Assembly: GCA_963833095.1 (NCBI GenBank)
Contig: CAWHWQ010000001.1
Coordinates: 160,001 to 224,000 of the forward strand
Reading direction: 5' to 3'
From: Vulcanimicrobiota bacterium
GTDB lineage: Bacteria > Vulcanimicrobiota > Vulcanimicrobiia > Vulcanimicrobiales > Vulcanimicrobiaceae
Length of the DNA stretch: 64,000 bases
Shown here: positions 1 to 10,218 of the stretch, piece by piece
Position numbering within the stretch: the stretch's first letter is position 1
Layout: each line of letters begins with the position of its first letter
Notes under the pieces: model-generated
Database searches by the model: none
What the model was told of the DNA's origin: nothing
The model's input: only the letters and a program-made list of their open reading frames with translations
Position numbers and translations under genes: made by a program

Positions 1-788
1 GTCGCGTCTCGCGCTCGCGCGGATCGAGGAAGGCGAGCAGCTTCTCTTCGAGCAGACGCGGGTTGTCGCCGGCCTGGATCGCGAGGATGCCTTCGATCAT
101 GATCTCGCGCATCAGCAGCAGCTGACCGTTGCGCTCTTTGATCTTCGTGGCGATCGGCAGCCAGAGCAAGTTGGCAAACATGATACCGAAGAACGTCGCG
201 ACGAACGCCTGCGCGGTCGCAACGCCGATCGTGCCGGCGACGTTGGTGCTGTTGCCCATCGTCCGAGAGGCCCTTGAGCATGCCGATCAGGCCGAGCACG
301 GTACCGATGATGCCCAGGGTCGGCGAGAAGCCGCCCAAATTCATGAAGACTGCTTCGGCCTTGGCGCTGTGTCTCTTGCGTGTTGCTGACTTCGGTCTCG
401 AGAACTTTGCGGATGATTCGGTGTCGCGGCCGTCGATGACGAGCTGGATGCCTTTGCGCATGAACTCGTCGTCGAGCGCCGCGGCCTCGTTCTCGAGGGC
501 GAGCAAACCTTCGCGGCGCGCCTTTTCGGCGAACGAGACCAGGGTCGAGATGATGTCGCGCTCGTGATAGTCGACCTCGACGAACGCGGTCTTGAAGCCA
601 CCGAAGAACCCGCGCATGAAGATGCGCATCGGGAACGAGGTCAGCGTCGCGCCGAGCGTTCCGCCGAGGATCAGGATGAACGCTTCGCAGCGCCCGAAGA
701 TGATGCTCGGGTCGGTTCCGCCGACGTACCCGGCAAAGAAGATGGCTCCAAAGCCGAAGAGTAGGCCAATAATAGTCGCAAAATCCAA
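1..788 (-). CDS. motA: Flagellar stator protein MotA (frameshifted; runs off the window edge)
   Basis: TTG start gives MDFATIIGLLFGFGAIFFAG. Later fragments SFAEKARREGLLALE, GGFSPTLGIIGTVLGLI, AFVATFFGIMFANLLWLPIATKIK and MIIEGILAIQAGDNPRLLEEKL are typical of MotA. Several indels. Confidence 0.9.
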   Translation of the reverse strand, partial: MDFATIIGLLFGFGAIFFAGYVGGTDPSIIFGRCEAFILILGGTLGATLTSFPMRIFMRGFFGGFKTAFVEVDYHERDIISTLVSFAEKARREGLLALENEAAALDDEFMRKGIQLVIDGRDTESSAKFSRPKSATRKRHSAKAEAVFMNLGGFSPTLGIIGTVLGLIGMLKGLSDDGQQHQRRRHDRRCDRAGVRRDVLRYHVCQLALAADRHEDQRAQRSAAADARDHDRRHPRDPGRRQPASARREAARLPRSARARDA

Positions 789-824
789 CGATCGATCTCC
801 GCAGGGTGAAGTCGCTCCTTTAGG

Positions 825-851
825 GTATCGGCCAGGGGGCCAATCCCAATA
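825..851 (-). promoter_or_regulatory. Putative sigma-28 promoter upstream of motA
   Basis: -10 GCCGATAC at 825-832 (minus strand). The -35 is weak (TATT at a 15-nt spacer). Confidence 0.5.
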
Positions 852-883
852 TGAAGTTTTCGTACAGGGCTACGCGGGCCGAT

Positions 884-1078
884 TTAGCCCTCCCTGGCCC
901 GTAGATTCGCCGTCTTGAAGGCCATGATCTTGCTGCTGAATCGTCGGCATCGGTCCCGAACGATCAGCTTGTTGCCCGAGGTCAGGGTCACGACCGTATC
1001 GGGGGTCTCCTCGATCGACTCGATGAGGTCGCTGTTGACCATCACCGGATGGCCGTTAAGCCGCGTCAGTGCAATCAC
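884..1078 (-). CDS. flbD: Flagellar FlbD family protein
   Basis: MIALTRLNGHPVMVNSDLIESIEETPDTVVTLTSGNKLIVRD, located between flgE and motA. C-terminus probably frameshifted. Confidence 0.9.
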   Translation of the reverse strand: MIALTRLNGHPVMVNSDLIESIEETPDTVVTLTSGNKLIVRDRCRRFSSKIMAFKTANLRAREG

Positions 1079-1136
1079 GAGGCTCCCTTAGTCGCGCAGA
1101 ATGCGGCGGCGGACCCTCCCGCCGCCCGCGAGATCT

Positions 1137-1164
1137 GAAAACGGCAGCAGCTTTCGCTGCTGCC
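1137..1164 (-). terminator. Putative intrinsic terminator after flgE
   Basis: Minus strand GGCAGCAGC-GAAA-GCTGCTGCC followed by GTTTT. Confidence 0.55.
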
Positions 1165-1183
1165 CGTGCGCGTGGTGCCTGAA

Positions 1184-3051
1184 CTAGTTTTCGCTTGCCT
1201 CGGAGGTGCGTGATGGTGATCGAGGTTCTGGTCGGCGGTCTGGATGCCGCGCGTGTTCGCTTCGAACGCGCGCTGGGCGACGATGAGGTTGGTGAACTCG
1301 GTCGCGAGGTTGACGTTCGATTGCTCGAGCGATCCGGCCACAATCGAACCGAGATCGCCGCTGTTTGCCGTTCCGACTTGCGCCAAGCCCGAGTCGGCGG
1401 TCTGCGGCGAACTGGTTGCCGCCGATGCGCTCAAGCCCGTCTTCGTTTTGGAAGCGTCGCCAACGCGAGCTTGAGCGAGCGTCTTGTGCTGACCGTTCGT
1501 GAACGATCCGGTGACCGTACCGTCTTCGCCGACCGTGATGTTCGAGAGCGTGCCGGCCGAATAGCCGTTCTGCGTGATGACGTTGGCCTGTACGAACGCC
1601 GTTCAAGCTGGTGTTGTCCAAGAAGCCGAGCGCGATGGCGCCGGGACTGCGGTATTGGTGGGTGCTTGTGCGGCGTTGCCCGCGCCCGGGCCCCACTGGG
1701 TGACGTTCAACAGGTTGCCGTCGAGCGTGGGACTGCGGTGGCCCGGCGGTCGTGGAAGTAGCCGGCAGCGTTCGCGCCGATGACTGCCCCGCGGCCGCCG
1801 ATCCCTATCGACGACGAGTTGATGAACTGGCCGTTCTGATCGAAGTAGACGTAGCCCATGTTACCCGTGTTGCTGTTGCCCGTCGTGCCTGCGGTGACCG
1901 CGCCGCCGGCATTGACCGTGCCTGGCGTGTTGAGGGTTTGAAACGTCGTGCCGTCCGCGAAGCTGACGCTGACTGGCCATGCGCGTCGACGGGTTTACCG
2001 TAACACCGGCTGAGTTGGAAACACCGGCTGGGAGTCCGCTCGAGGCCGCCGTCGCGGTGATGGTCCCGGCAGCGCCGGCATCACCGACCGTGAAGGCGCC
2101 CACGGTGAAGCTCACGCCGTCCATCGGTAATCGCGTCGCCGGCAGTGGCGTTCTGCGTGTTGCCTTGACCGTCGGTCACCGTCGCTGCGGTGCCCGTTCC
2201 GTTCACGGTGACGTCAATCGTTCCGTTGAAATTATCAGCCTGATTGACCGTTTGTCCGTTGATCAGATTGCCCGTGATCAGCGCTGCGTTTGCCGTAGCG
2301 ATGGTAGCGGCGACCGCGTTCGGCGCAACCGGTGTGTAGGTGAGCGTCGCTTCGTGCGCGCTGCCGAGCGAATCGTAGAACGTCGTCGAGACGGTCACAG
2401 CCGCGCCCGGATTGGCTGACGCGCCGACGGAATTCTGGAAGGCTTGCGGCCAGTTGGTCTGATCGAGATTGCCGCCCAGCGCGACGTCGAAGTTTTGGTC
2501 GTTGATCGAGGGGCCGGTCTTGACGCCCGAGCCCGTCGCCGTGGCTTGCTCTTGCAGACCGACCGGAATCGTGATCGCGCCCGGCGTGCCGCGTGGCGTT
2601 GACGACGCCGGCGTTATTGGCCATGTAGCCCATGCACCGCATTTCCCGACGCGGGATCGTAGAGGAGCCCGTTTGAGTTGAGCGAGAATGCGCCGTCGCG
2701 TGTATAGGTCGGCGATCCCGTTCCGTTGGCGTTGTTCATGATGAAGAATCCGTCGCCATTGAGCGCGAGATCGGTGTTGATGCCGGTCGTTTCCAGGCCG
2801 CCTTGGCCGAACTCGGTGTCGACGGTATTGACCTTAACGCCGAGTCCCTGATCGACCGGATTGACGCCACCGCTGGTTTGGGTCGGGCCCGACGGTGAGC
2901 CGATCTGCTGATAGAACTGATCGGCGAAGGTCATACGCTGGGCTTTGAAGCCCGTGGTCGCGGTATTCGCGATGTTATTGGAGATCATGTCGATCCAGCT
3001 CTGGTATGCATCCAGGCCGGAGATCCCCGTATAGAGTGAATCGAAAGCCAT
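1184..3051 (-). CDS. flgE: Flagellar hook protein FlgE (multiple frameshifts)
   Basis: N-terminus SLYTGISGL..ISNNIANTATTGFK and YTRDGAFSLN; C-terminus GSLEQSNVNLATEFTNLIVAQRAFEAN. Split over several frames. Confidence 0.92.
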
Positions 3052-3071
3052 TCTTGACCTCTATTACGGAT

Positions 3072-3129
3072 CCGCGATGTTTCAGTTGATCCACATCACG
3101 GCCGGAGCTCCGCAAGCGGTCCGCCCCGG
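3072..3129 (-). promoter_or_regulatory. Two tandem RNA hairpins in the flgE 5' leader (candidate cis-element)
   Basis: Minus strand CCGGGGC..GCTCCGG with inner CCGC-TT-GCGG, then CCGTGATGT-GGATCAACTGAA-ACATCGCGG. Confidence 0.45.
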
Positions 3130-3137
3130 GAGTGTTG

Positions 3138-3566
3138 TTAGATGATTGCGGCCGAGTCGATGTTGGTGAAGACGTTTTCTTTCATCGAGTCGGAGTCGAC
3201 CGCAGTGATGACGGTACGGTTCTTGATGCTCACGACCATGGCAACGTCGCGGACGATGAAGAGCGAATTTTTCGCTCCCTTCGCTGCGGCTTTGTCGGCC
3301 ATCGCGTTCATCTTGGTCACGTCGTCCGACGTGAGGCTGATGTTACGTGATTGCAGACGCGCCATCGCGTGAGCTGAGAACTTGAGTGGTTCGCTCGACG
3401 TATTCGCCGGCGTTTGCTGTTGTTGTTGGGTTGCAACGCCTTCGAACACCGAGCGGAAGCTCGGCGACGAGGTCGGCGGAATCTCGACAGGTTGACCGAC
3501 CGGACGCGCCGCCGGACCGGGAAGAATTCCCGGCTGTTGGACGCGGCTGATGTCGTTCGGATCCAT
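3138..3566 (-). CDS. TIGR02530-type flagellar operon protein
   Basis: LKFSAHAMARLQSRNI..AAAKGAKNSL..VVSIKNRTVITAVD..ENVFTNIDSAAII, between flgD and flgE. Confidence 0.88.
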   Translation of the reverse strand: MDPNDISRVQQPGILPGPAARPVGQPVEIPPTSSPSFRSVFEGVATQQQQQTPANTSSEPLKFSAHAMARLQSRNISLTSDDVTKMNAMADKAAAKGAKNSLFIVRDVAMVVSIKNRTVITAVDSDSMKENVFTNIDSAAII

Positions 3567-3570
3567 GTCG

Positions 3571-4083
3571 TTATGTCCCCGGAGTACTCGAGCCGGTGCC
3601 GGTTATGGATGCCGCGCTCCCGATGCCAACGATTTGGCTGGTCGAGAACAGCAGCGGATTGCCGTTATTATCGGTCATCGTCTGACCGGACGAATTGGTC
3701 ATGGTGAAGTACGGCGTGCCGTTTTGCACGTCGATCGATTGAATGATGCCCGTGACGGTCGAGCTGTTACTCGAGCTTCCGCTCGTGCTCGTGTTGACCG
3801 TCGCGGCCTTGCCGATGAGCGACGCTGCCTGCGTTACACTGAAATTGCTCTGAAACGAGGCAAAGTCGTTGGTCAGCTGTTGCTGATACTGCAGTTCGGA
3901 CATCTGGGCAAGCTGAGTCACCGATTCATTTGCGTCCTGCGGCGACGTCGGATCTTGGTTTTGCAATTCCGTCGTCAGTAGTTGCAGAAACGCGTTCGGA
4001 CCCAGTTGATTGTCCGTCGTCGTCGCTGAGTTGTTGGCACCGGCGTTGACCGTAGTCGTTCCGACGCCTGTTGTGGGTTCCAT
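3571..4083 (-). CDS. flgD: Flagellar hook capping protein FlgD
   Basis: LGPNAFLQLLTTELQNQDPTSP..TQLAQMSELQ..QAASLIGK. Confidence 0.92.
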   Translation of the reverse strand: MEPTTGVGTTTVNAGANNSATTTDNQLGPNAFLQLLTTELQNQDPTSPQDANESVTQLAQMSELQYQQQLTNDFASFQSNFSVTQAASLIGKAATVNTSTSGSSSNSSTVTGIIQSIDVQNGTPYFTMTNSSGQTMTDNNGNPLLFSTSQIVGIGSAASITGTGSSTPGT

Positions 4084-4091
4084 AGTTCCTC

Positions 4092-5753
4092 CTACGCGAG
4101 GGAGTTAAAGAGCTCGAGGTTCGAACCGCCTAACAGCGACGGTCCTAGATTCGAAGCTTCGGTGGTTTCGGTCTTGGGTTGACCGCCCAACTCGTGAACG
4201 GTATACCGCCGTCCAAAACCGGCGGTGCGATCCTTGCTTTGATCTTGACCCGCGTCACCTCCCGACACGTCGACCGAGAAACCCGAGAGGGTCAACCCGG
4301 CTTGTGAGAGAGAGCGCGCGAGGTCTTGTTGGTTGGCAACGAGCGCACTGCGCACGTCGGCGCTCTGCGCGACGACGGTGGCGCTGACTTGATTTCCGGT
4401 AACGGTGAGCCGCATCGTCAATTGACCCAGGTTCTCCGGATGCAACTGCAACCGAATTTCCGAGGTCCCTTGTGCGAGCGTACGCATCGACATCCCGTTG
4501 ATCATCTGCTCGAGGACCGCGTTCGCATCGACCGTGGTGCCGCCGCCCGTCGTCGACTGCAAGGCGTTCTGCACTTGCGAGCCCAGACTGGTGTTTGGCG
4601 CCGCGATCAGACTCGCCGCATTGGTGCCCGAAGGCGCCTGCTGCGCGAGATCTTGACCGAACGAGTGTCCCGAGTTGGTACTTGTCGAGGTATTCCCCGA
4701 GGACGAACCCGCCGTTACCGCTACGCCGTCTGCGTCCCCGAGGAGCGCTGCAAATCGCGCAGCGAGCATCGAGGGTGAGACCGACGTGCCTGCGGGTGCA
4801 GCCAGCGCCGATGCGCCGCTGCTTGCGTCACTTGCACCCGGCGTACCGCCTGCGTTGAGCTGCGCGTCGACGCCGGCTGCGCGCACGAGCATACGCGCGA
4901 GCAAGTCGGGTGCGTTCGACATCGAGATCGACGTCTGCGGTGACGGTGGTGCTGGTGAAGCAACCGCGTTTGCGGTGGATTGGGTCAGCAGTCCGGCGTT
5001 GAGCGTGGACGGGGCGCTTTGTTGCGCCGCGAGCGCGGACGTTGCCGGAGACTGCGCAGTTGCGAGTTGTACGGGGGAATTGGACGGCTTTGCGGGTGGA
5101 GCGGTTGCCGACGGCGCGTTGAGCGCCGCGATCACCGACGACAGAAGCGAACTCACCAGCGACGAGACGTCGAGCGTACTCGATGTGCCGTTGCTTTGTT
5201 GTTGTTGGGCCGGGAGTTCTTTCGCCGAGTTGGCGTCCAAGAGGTTCCCCGAGAGTTCATTCTGCTGCCCAGATCCGTTTTGCGCGTCCCTCGCGATCGA
5301 CTCGACTACACTTTGCAATCGGGCTGCGAGGGCTGCCGCTTGTTCGGCGGCGGTCCCAGGTGGTCCGTTACTGGGTGGAGAGAGTGCGTTTGCGAGCGTT
5401 TGCGTGATGGAGTTGCGAAGTCGATCGAGGTCACTCGAACTCATCTTTCCGGCGAGCAGCTGGGCTGCCGACGAACCGACGCTTTGAGCGAGTTGATCGA
5501 CGATCGTTGCCATCGGTGTTCCGTTTTGCAACAGCGACGTGAGTTGCGCGAGTAGATCTGCGTTGGTCGCCAACGGACTAACCGACGGCGATGAAGACGA
5601 AGATGCGCTACTCGCATTTGCAAGTGAGGCTCCGAACAGCGACGCCCAATGTGCGCCTTTGCCCTTAGCTCCCGCGTGCGCTGTGCCGGTGGCCGTAGTT
5701 GTTATAGTGGCCGGAAGCACCGATGCGATGGATATCATGCTTATTTCATTCAC
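4092..5753 (-). CDS. fliK: Flagellar hook-length control protein FliK
   Basis: Low-complexity A/S/P/T body plus C-terminal EIRLQLHPENLGQLTMRL..V.ATVVAQSADVR domain. Confidence 0.88.
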   Translation of the reverse strand: MNEISMISIASVLPATITTTATGTAHAGAKGKGAHWASLFGASLANASSASSSSSPSVSPLATNADLLAQLTSLLQNGTPMATIVDQLAQSVGSSAAQLLAGKMSSSDLDRLRNSITQTLANALSPPSNGPPGTAAEQAAALAARLQSVVESIARDAQNGSGQQNELSGNLLDANSAKELPAQQQQSNGTSSTLDVSSLVSSLLSSVIAALNAPSATAPPAKPSNSPVQLATAQSPATSALAAQQSAPSTLNAGLLTQSTANAVASPAPPSPQTSISMSNAPDLLARMLVRAAGVDAQLNAGGTPGASDASSGASALAAPAGTSVSPSMLAARFAALLGDADGVAVTAGSSSGNTSTSTNSGHSFGQDLAQQAPSGTNAASLIAAPNTSLGSQVQNALQSTTGGGTTVDANAVLEQMINGMSMRTLAQGTSEIRLQLHPENLGQLTMRLTVTGNQVSATVVAQSADVRSALVANQQDLARSLSQAGLTLSGFSVDVSGGDAGQDQSKDRTAGFGRRYTVHELGGQPKTETTEASNLGPSLLGGSNLELFNSLA

Positions 5754-5819
5754 CTCCTTTCTTCGTATTAAGGCCGAAATACCAAAACGGAGAGCATGGC
5801 CTGGACGCCCTCAACTCTT

Positions 5820-5847
5820 TCATCGGCCCCCAGAGAGGCGGGGTTTA
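5820..5847 (-). promoter_or_regulatory. Sigma-28 (FliA/SigD) promoter upstream of fliK
   Basis: Minus strand TAAA-N16-GCCGATGA, close to the sigma-28 consensus. Confidence 0.75.
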
Positions 5848-6438
5848 GGCCGGCCCGAGACCGGCGGCCGCAAGTACGGAGCGGAGCATCTGGCCACCGC
5901 TCTCGCTCAGGACCGACTCGGGGTGGAACTGAACGGCCGCGACGGGGAGGCTCCGATGGGCGATCCCCTGGACGACGCCGTCGGCGCTGCGAGCGCTGAC
6001 GTGCAGTGAATCCGGAAGGGTCGCTGGGTCGAGGCACAGGGAGTGGTAGCGGGTCGCGGTCAAGGGCGAGGGGAGGCCGGCGAAGATCCCCGAGCCGTCG
6101 TGTTCGATGGCGCTGGTCTTCCCGTGCATCAGGGATGGAGCGTGGGTCACCGTACCGCCCAGCGCCTCACCGATCGCCTGGAGCCCAAGACAAACGCCGA
6201 AGACCGGCATCCCACGCTCGATGGCGCTTTTGAGCACTGCCATCATACGCGGTTGCTCCGACGGGTTGCCCGGGCCGGGTCCGATCACCAGCAACCGATA
6301 GCCATCGAGGAGCTCGGGCACCAAACGCTCGTCGTCGTTGAGGATCACGTCCGGCGGCGCGCCTTGCGCGGCAAGCAGATGCACCACGTTATACGTGAAG
6401 CTGTCGTAGTTATCAATGAAGAGGACGTCAGCGCTCAT
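5845..6438 (-). CDS. trpG: Anthranilate/aminodeoxychorismate synthase component II (glutamine amidotransferase)
   Basis: IDNYDSFTYN, GPGPG, GVCLGLQ, RYHSL and QFHPES motifs. Confidence 0.93.
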   Translation of the reverse strand: MSADVLFIDNYDSFTYNVVHLLAAQGAPPDVILNDDERLVPELLDGYRLLVIGPGPGNPSEQPRMMAVLKSAIERGMPVFGVCLGLQAIGEALGGTVTHAPSLMHGKTSAIEHDGSGIFAGLPSPLTATRYHSLCLDPATLPDSLHVSARSADGVVQGIAHRSLPVAAVQFHPESVLSESGGQMLRSVLAAAGLGPA

Positions 6439-7760
6439 AAAACTCCCAACATCTCGCGAGCGATGCGAGTTTTATGGAGCACTTCTTCGTACTCGAACTG
6501 CGGATCGCTGTCGGCGACGATGCCGGCCGAGGCCTGCCAATAGACCTTGCCGTTTTGCACGTGTAGGCTGCGCAGCGTGATGCACGAGTCGAAGTCGCCG
6601 CCGTACGACCAACGCCCAACGCTGCCGGCATAAAAGCCGCGCGTGACCGGCTCGAGTTCGTCGATGAGCTGCATCGCTCGCACCTTCGGCGTCCCGGTCA
6701 CCGTCCCGGCGGGGAATCCCGCGCGAAAGAGATCGAGCCCGTCGCACTCAGGTCGCAGGTCTCCAACGAGATCGGAGACGATGTGCATCACGTGACTGTA
6801 GCGCTCGATCTGCAACAATTCGTCGACCGCAACCGATCCGTACTCGCAGACCATGCCGAGGTCGTTGCGCCCAAGATCGACCAGCATCACGTGCTCGGCG
6901 CGCTCCTTTTCGTTTTCGAGCAGCTCGCGCGCAATGCGCGCATCGTCTTCGTCGGTGTCGCCGCGCGAGCGCGTGCCGGCGAGCGGCCGGATGCGCGCGC
7001 GCCGTCCTTCCAATCGCACGAGAAATTCCGGCGATGCGCCGAGGACCTTTCCAAACGGCCCGTCGACGTAAAACATGTACGGCGACGGATTGCGCCTGCG
7101 CAGTGCTCGATACAGGTCGAACGGATCGCCGTGCAGATCGGCGCTGAAGCGAATACCGAGCTGCAATTGATAAACGTCACCGTCGTAGATATGGTGCTTC
7201 ACCCGGGCTGCACGCTCGAGATACCCATGCCGGTCCATCGATGCGTGCACGGTGCCCACCGCATGCACCGGCAGTGCAAGTTGCGGTGCTTGCGCAAGCA
7301 AACGCGACACATAGCCGTCGAGCCGCTGTTCGACGCTGCTCGCGCTTTCGCCGCAGCCCCACAACACGAGCGAATGAGTCAAATGGTCGAAGACCAGCCA
7401 ACTTGCCGGCACCGCGACGTAGGCAGCGGGCATCGCCGGCGTATCTTGTTTTCGCTGCGGGAGGTGCGCGAACGGACGTGCTGCATCGTAGGCGAAGGCG
7501 ACCAGTGCGCCGCCCCAGCCGCCTGGGTCATCGCTTGGACGAAAGCGCTCGACAAACGCGCGGATGCGATCCAGCATATCGGCCGTTGCAGGGAACGATT
7601 CGGCCGCCAGATAGTCCAAGCCAATGAACGAATAGCGTGAGATTTTCCCGCCGTGCTCAACGCTCTCGAGCAAGCACGAGGCACCCGGCGACGCGAGCGC
7701 GAGATACGCACCGATCGGTGAGAGGACGTCGGCGGGAAGCGTTCGCGTGCGGACGATCAA
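6435..7760 (-). CDS. trpE: Anthranilate synthase component I
   Basis: LLES Trp-feedback motif, NPSPYMF, ASPE, PLAGT, KERAEHVMLVDLGRND, FPAGTVTGTPK. Confidence 0.92.
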   Translation of the reverse strand: MIVRTRTLPADVLSPIGAYLALASPGASCLLESVEHGGKISRYSFIGLDYLAAESFPATADMLDRIRAFVERFRPSDDPGGWGGALVAFAYDAARPFAHLPQRKQDTPAMPAAYVAVPASWLVFDHLTHSLVLWGCGESASSVEQRLDGYVSRLLAQAPQLALPVHAVGTVHASMDRHGYLERAARVKHHIYDGDVYQLQLGIRFSADLHGDPFDLYRALRRRNPSPYMFYVDGPFGKVLGASPEFLVRLEGRRARIRPLAGTRSRGDTDEDDARIARELLENEKERAEHVMLVDLGRNDLGMVCEYGSVAVDELLQIERYSHVMHIVSDLVGDLRPECDGLDLFRAGFPAGTVTGTPKVRAMQLIDELEPVTRGFYAGSVGRWSYGGDFDSCITLRSLHVQNGKVYWQASAGIVADSDPQFEYEEVLHKTRIAREMLGVL

Positions 7761-7770
7761 GACGCCGCGA

Positions 7771-8434
7771 TTACCTTTTTAGGCTAGGGTTCTCTTGCGT
7801 CAGTTGTGCCGCAAACGCGGGCGGAACTGCGTCGAGAATGGCCCCGACGTCATCGGGCGACATCAGCGCAAGACTTCGGCGACATACGGAACCGGCAATC
7901 GCTGCAGCGACCTTTGCGGCGTTTTCCGGCTGCATCGTTCGCCCACACCTGCGCGGTACGGCGCATCTCCGGTGTGGCGTTGGACGATCGTCGTCGGTGG
8001 CGCCGCCGGCAGTGGCCGTTGCGGGATTGCTTTGCGCAGCCCCTGCAGCCGGCGCTGCGCTTGGCGCGGTCGCGGAGCTGCGCGCACTTGCGGCCTGGCT
8101 CTGTAGTTGACCGATCTGCTGTTGAGCGATGAAATCTGCTTGTCTTTAGCGGCGCTTTGCGCTTGCAGGCCGGCGATCTGTGATTGGAGTTGCGCGATCT
8201 GCCGGTTGCGATCGGTGAAGACTTGATTTTGCGCGGCGAAATGAAACGGCTGCCGCAGTCGTATCGAAGCGCGACCCGACGATTTTGGAGCATCGGCGAA
8301 AGCGGGCCACCGTTGAGAATCACGTTGCGCGAGGGCGGCCAGACGAATGCGAAAACGACGAGACCAATGGCGACCACCGGCAAGATCAGGCGTCTCCACG
8401 GAAACGGCTTGCGCCGCTGGCGCGTGACAATCAC
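7771..8434 (-). CDS. MotE/YlxF-like flagellar protein (frameshifted)
   Basis: N-terminal transmembrane segment, coiled coil, and C-terminal MQPENAAK..LPVPYVAEV..MSPDDVGAILDA resembling MgtE-N repeats; follows fliJ. Confidence 0.7.
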
Positions 8435-8883
8435 GGCGTACCTCCTACTTGCGCTCGCCCGTGCCGGCGGGCATTTGCGTCTTCGAGCTCGCTTTTGTTC
8501 CATGCGCATCTCCTCGGCGCGTATCGCTTCGCGGCGGCGCTCCTTGAGCTTCTCCACGATCTTCTTCTCTTTACTCGCTGCGAGGAGATCCGTTCGGGCT
8601 CGTTCCAGAGCGGCACGGCGCTCCGCCACGATGCGGATCTGCGCGACGATACGCGGTCGAGGAAATGCAAATGCGCGTAGATGCATTGCAGCTCGCGCGT
8701 CTCGAGCTTCTTATGGCCGTCGCGCAGCATCGCCGAATGCTTGCGAAACTCCTCGTTGAGACGCTCGAGTTCGCGCTCGGCCTCGTCGCAGCGAGCGGGC
8801 ACGCGCGGCAACGATCATTGCTTCTCGTCTTCGATGCGCTGGCGGTGATCGAGCACCGGCTGCAAAGGCGAAGCGTTCGACAC
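8431..8883 (-). CDS. fliJ: Flagellar export protein FliJ (frameshifted)
   Basis: LQPVLDHRQRIEDEKQ..ASKEKKIVEKLKERRRE..ELEDAN, downstream of fliI. Confidence 0.85.
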
Positions 8884-8888
8884 GCGCT

Positions 8889-10208
8889 TCACGTGATGCT
8901 CAGCAATTTGGCGAGCGTCTGCTCGTACGAGCTGGCCTCGTAGATGCCCTGGCGCAAGAAGTGCCGGATCGCCTTCGATCTTCGAGAGCGCGAGATCGAC
9001 GCGTGGGTTGCTTCCCGGAACGTACGCGCCGATGTTGATCAGATCTTCGGCATCGCGATACGTGGCGAGCACGTCGCGCAGCTGCCGACGCGGCCGAGTA
9101 CTGATTGGCGTCGACGACGTCCGGCATGACGCGGCTGACGCTCTGCAAGACGTCGATTGCCGGATAGTGATTGGCCGAAGCGAGCGCGCGCGAGAGCACG
9201 ATGTGCCCGTCGAGAATCGAGCGCACGGCGTCCGCGATCGGTTCGTTCATATCGTCGCCGTCGACCAGCACGGAGAACAGTCCGGTGATCGTGCCCTTCT
9301 CGCGAGGTGCCGGCGCGCTCCAACAGTTTCGGCAAGCAGCGCGAAGACCGACGGCGTGTAGCCGCGCGTCGTCGTCGGCTCGCCGATCGCAAGACCGACT
9401 TCGCGCTGCGCCATCGCAAAACGCGTCACCGAGTCCATCATGAACATGACGTCGAGACCCTGATCGCGGAAATACTCGGCGATCGTCATCGCGACGAACG
9501 CGGCCTTGATGCGCACGAGCGCCGGCTGGTCGCTGGTCGAAACGATGACGACACTGCGGCGCAGACCTTCTTCGCCCAGATCGCGATCGATAAAGTCGCG
9601 AACTTCTTTGCCGCGCTCGCCTACCAGCGCGATGACGTTGACGTCGGCGGCGGTGTTGCGCGCGATCATGCCGAGGATCGTCGACTTTCCGACGCCCGAG
9701 CCCGCAAAGACGCCGACGCGCTGGCCCTTCCCGCAGGTCAGCATTCCATCGATCGCCCGAATGCCGAGCGGAAGCGGTTCGGTGACGCGACGGCGTGACA
9801 ACGGCGGCGGCGGCGCTGCGGTGACGACCGCGCGCTGTTCGGCGACGATCGGACCCTTGCCGTCGATCGGACGGCCGAGGCCGTCGAGCACGCGACCGAG
9901 CAAATGATCGGTCACGCCGATCTCGAGCGGCGCGCCGAGCGCGACGACGTCGCTTCCGGCGGCGATGCCGGCGAGCTCGCCGAGCGGCATGATGAGCACT
10001 TTGTTGTCGCGGAAGCCGACGACTTCGGCCAGCACCGGCTCGGCGTTGCGCTTATATGATATCGCACGTCTCGCCGACGGCCATGTTCGGCCCGAGGCTC
10101 TCGATCACGACGCCGATGACCTGTCGCACTTTACCGTATTGCCGCACCAAGTCGGCGCCACGGAACGCGTCGAGGTAGCGGCTCGGCGGAGAAGGCGGTC
10201 GTCTCCAC
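8889..10208 (-). CDS. fliI: Flagellar export ATPase FliI (frameshifted)
   Basis: AGSGVGKST Walker [52 protein letters not shown]. Confidence 0.95.
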
Positions 10209-10218
10209 AGTGCGGCCG

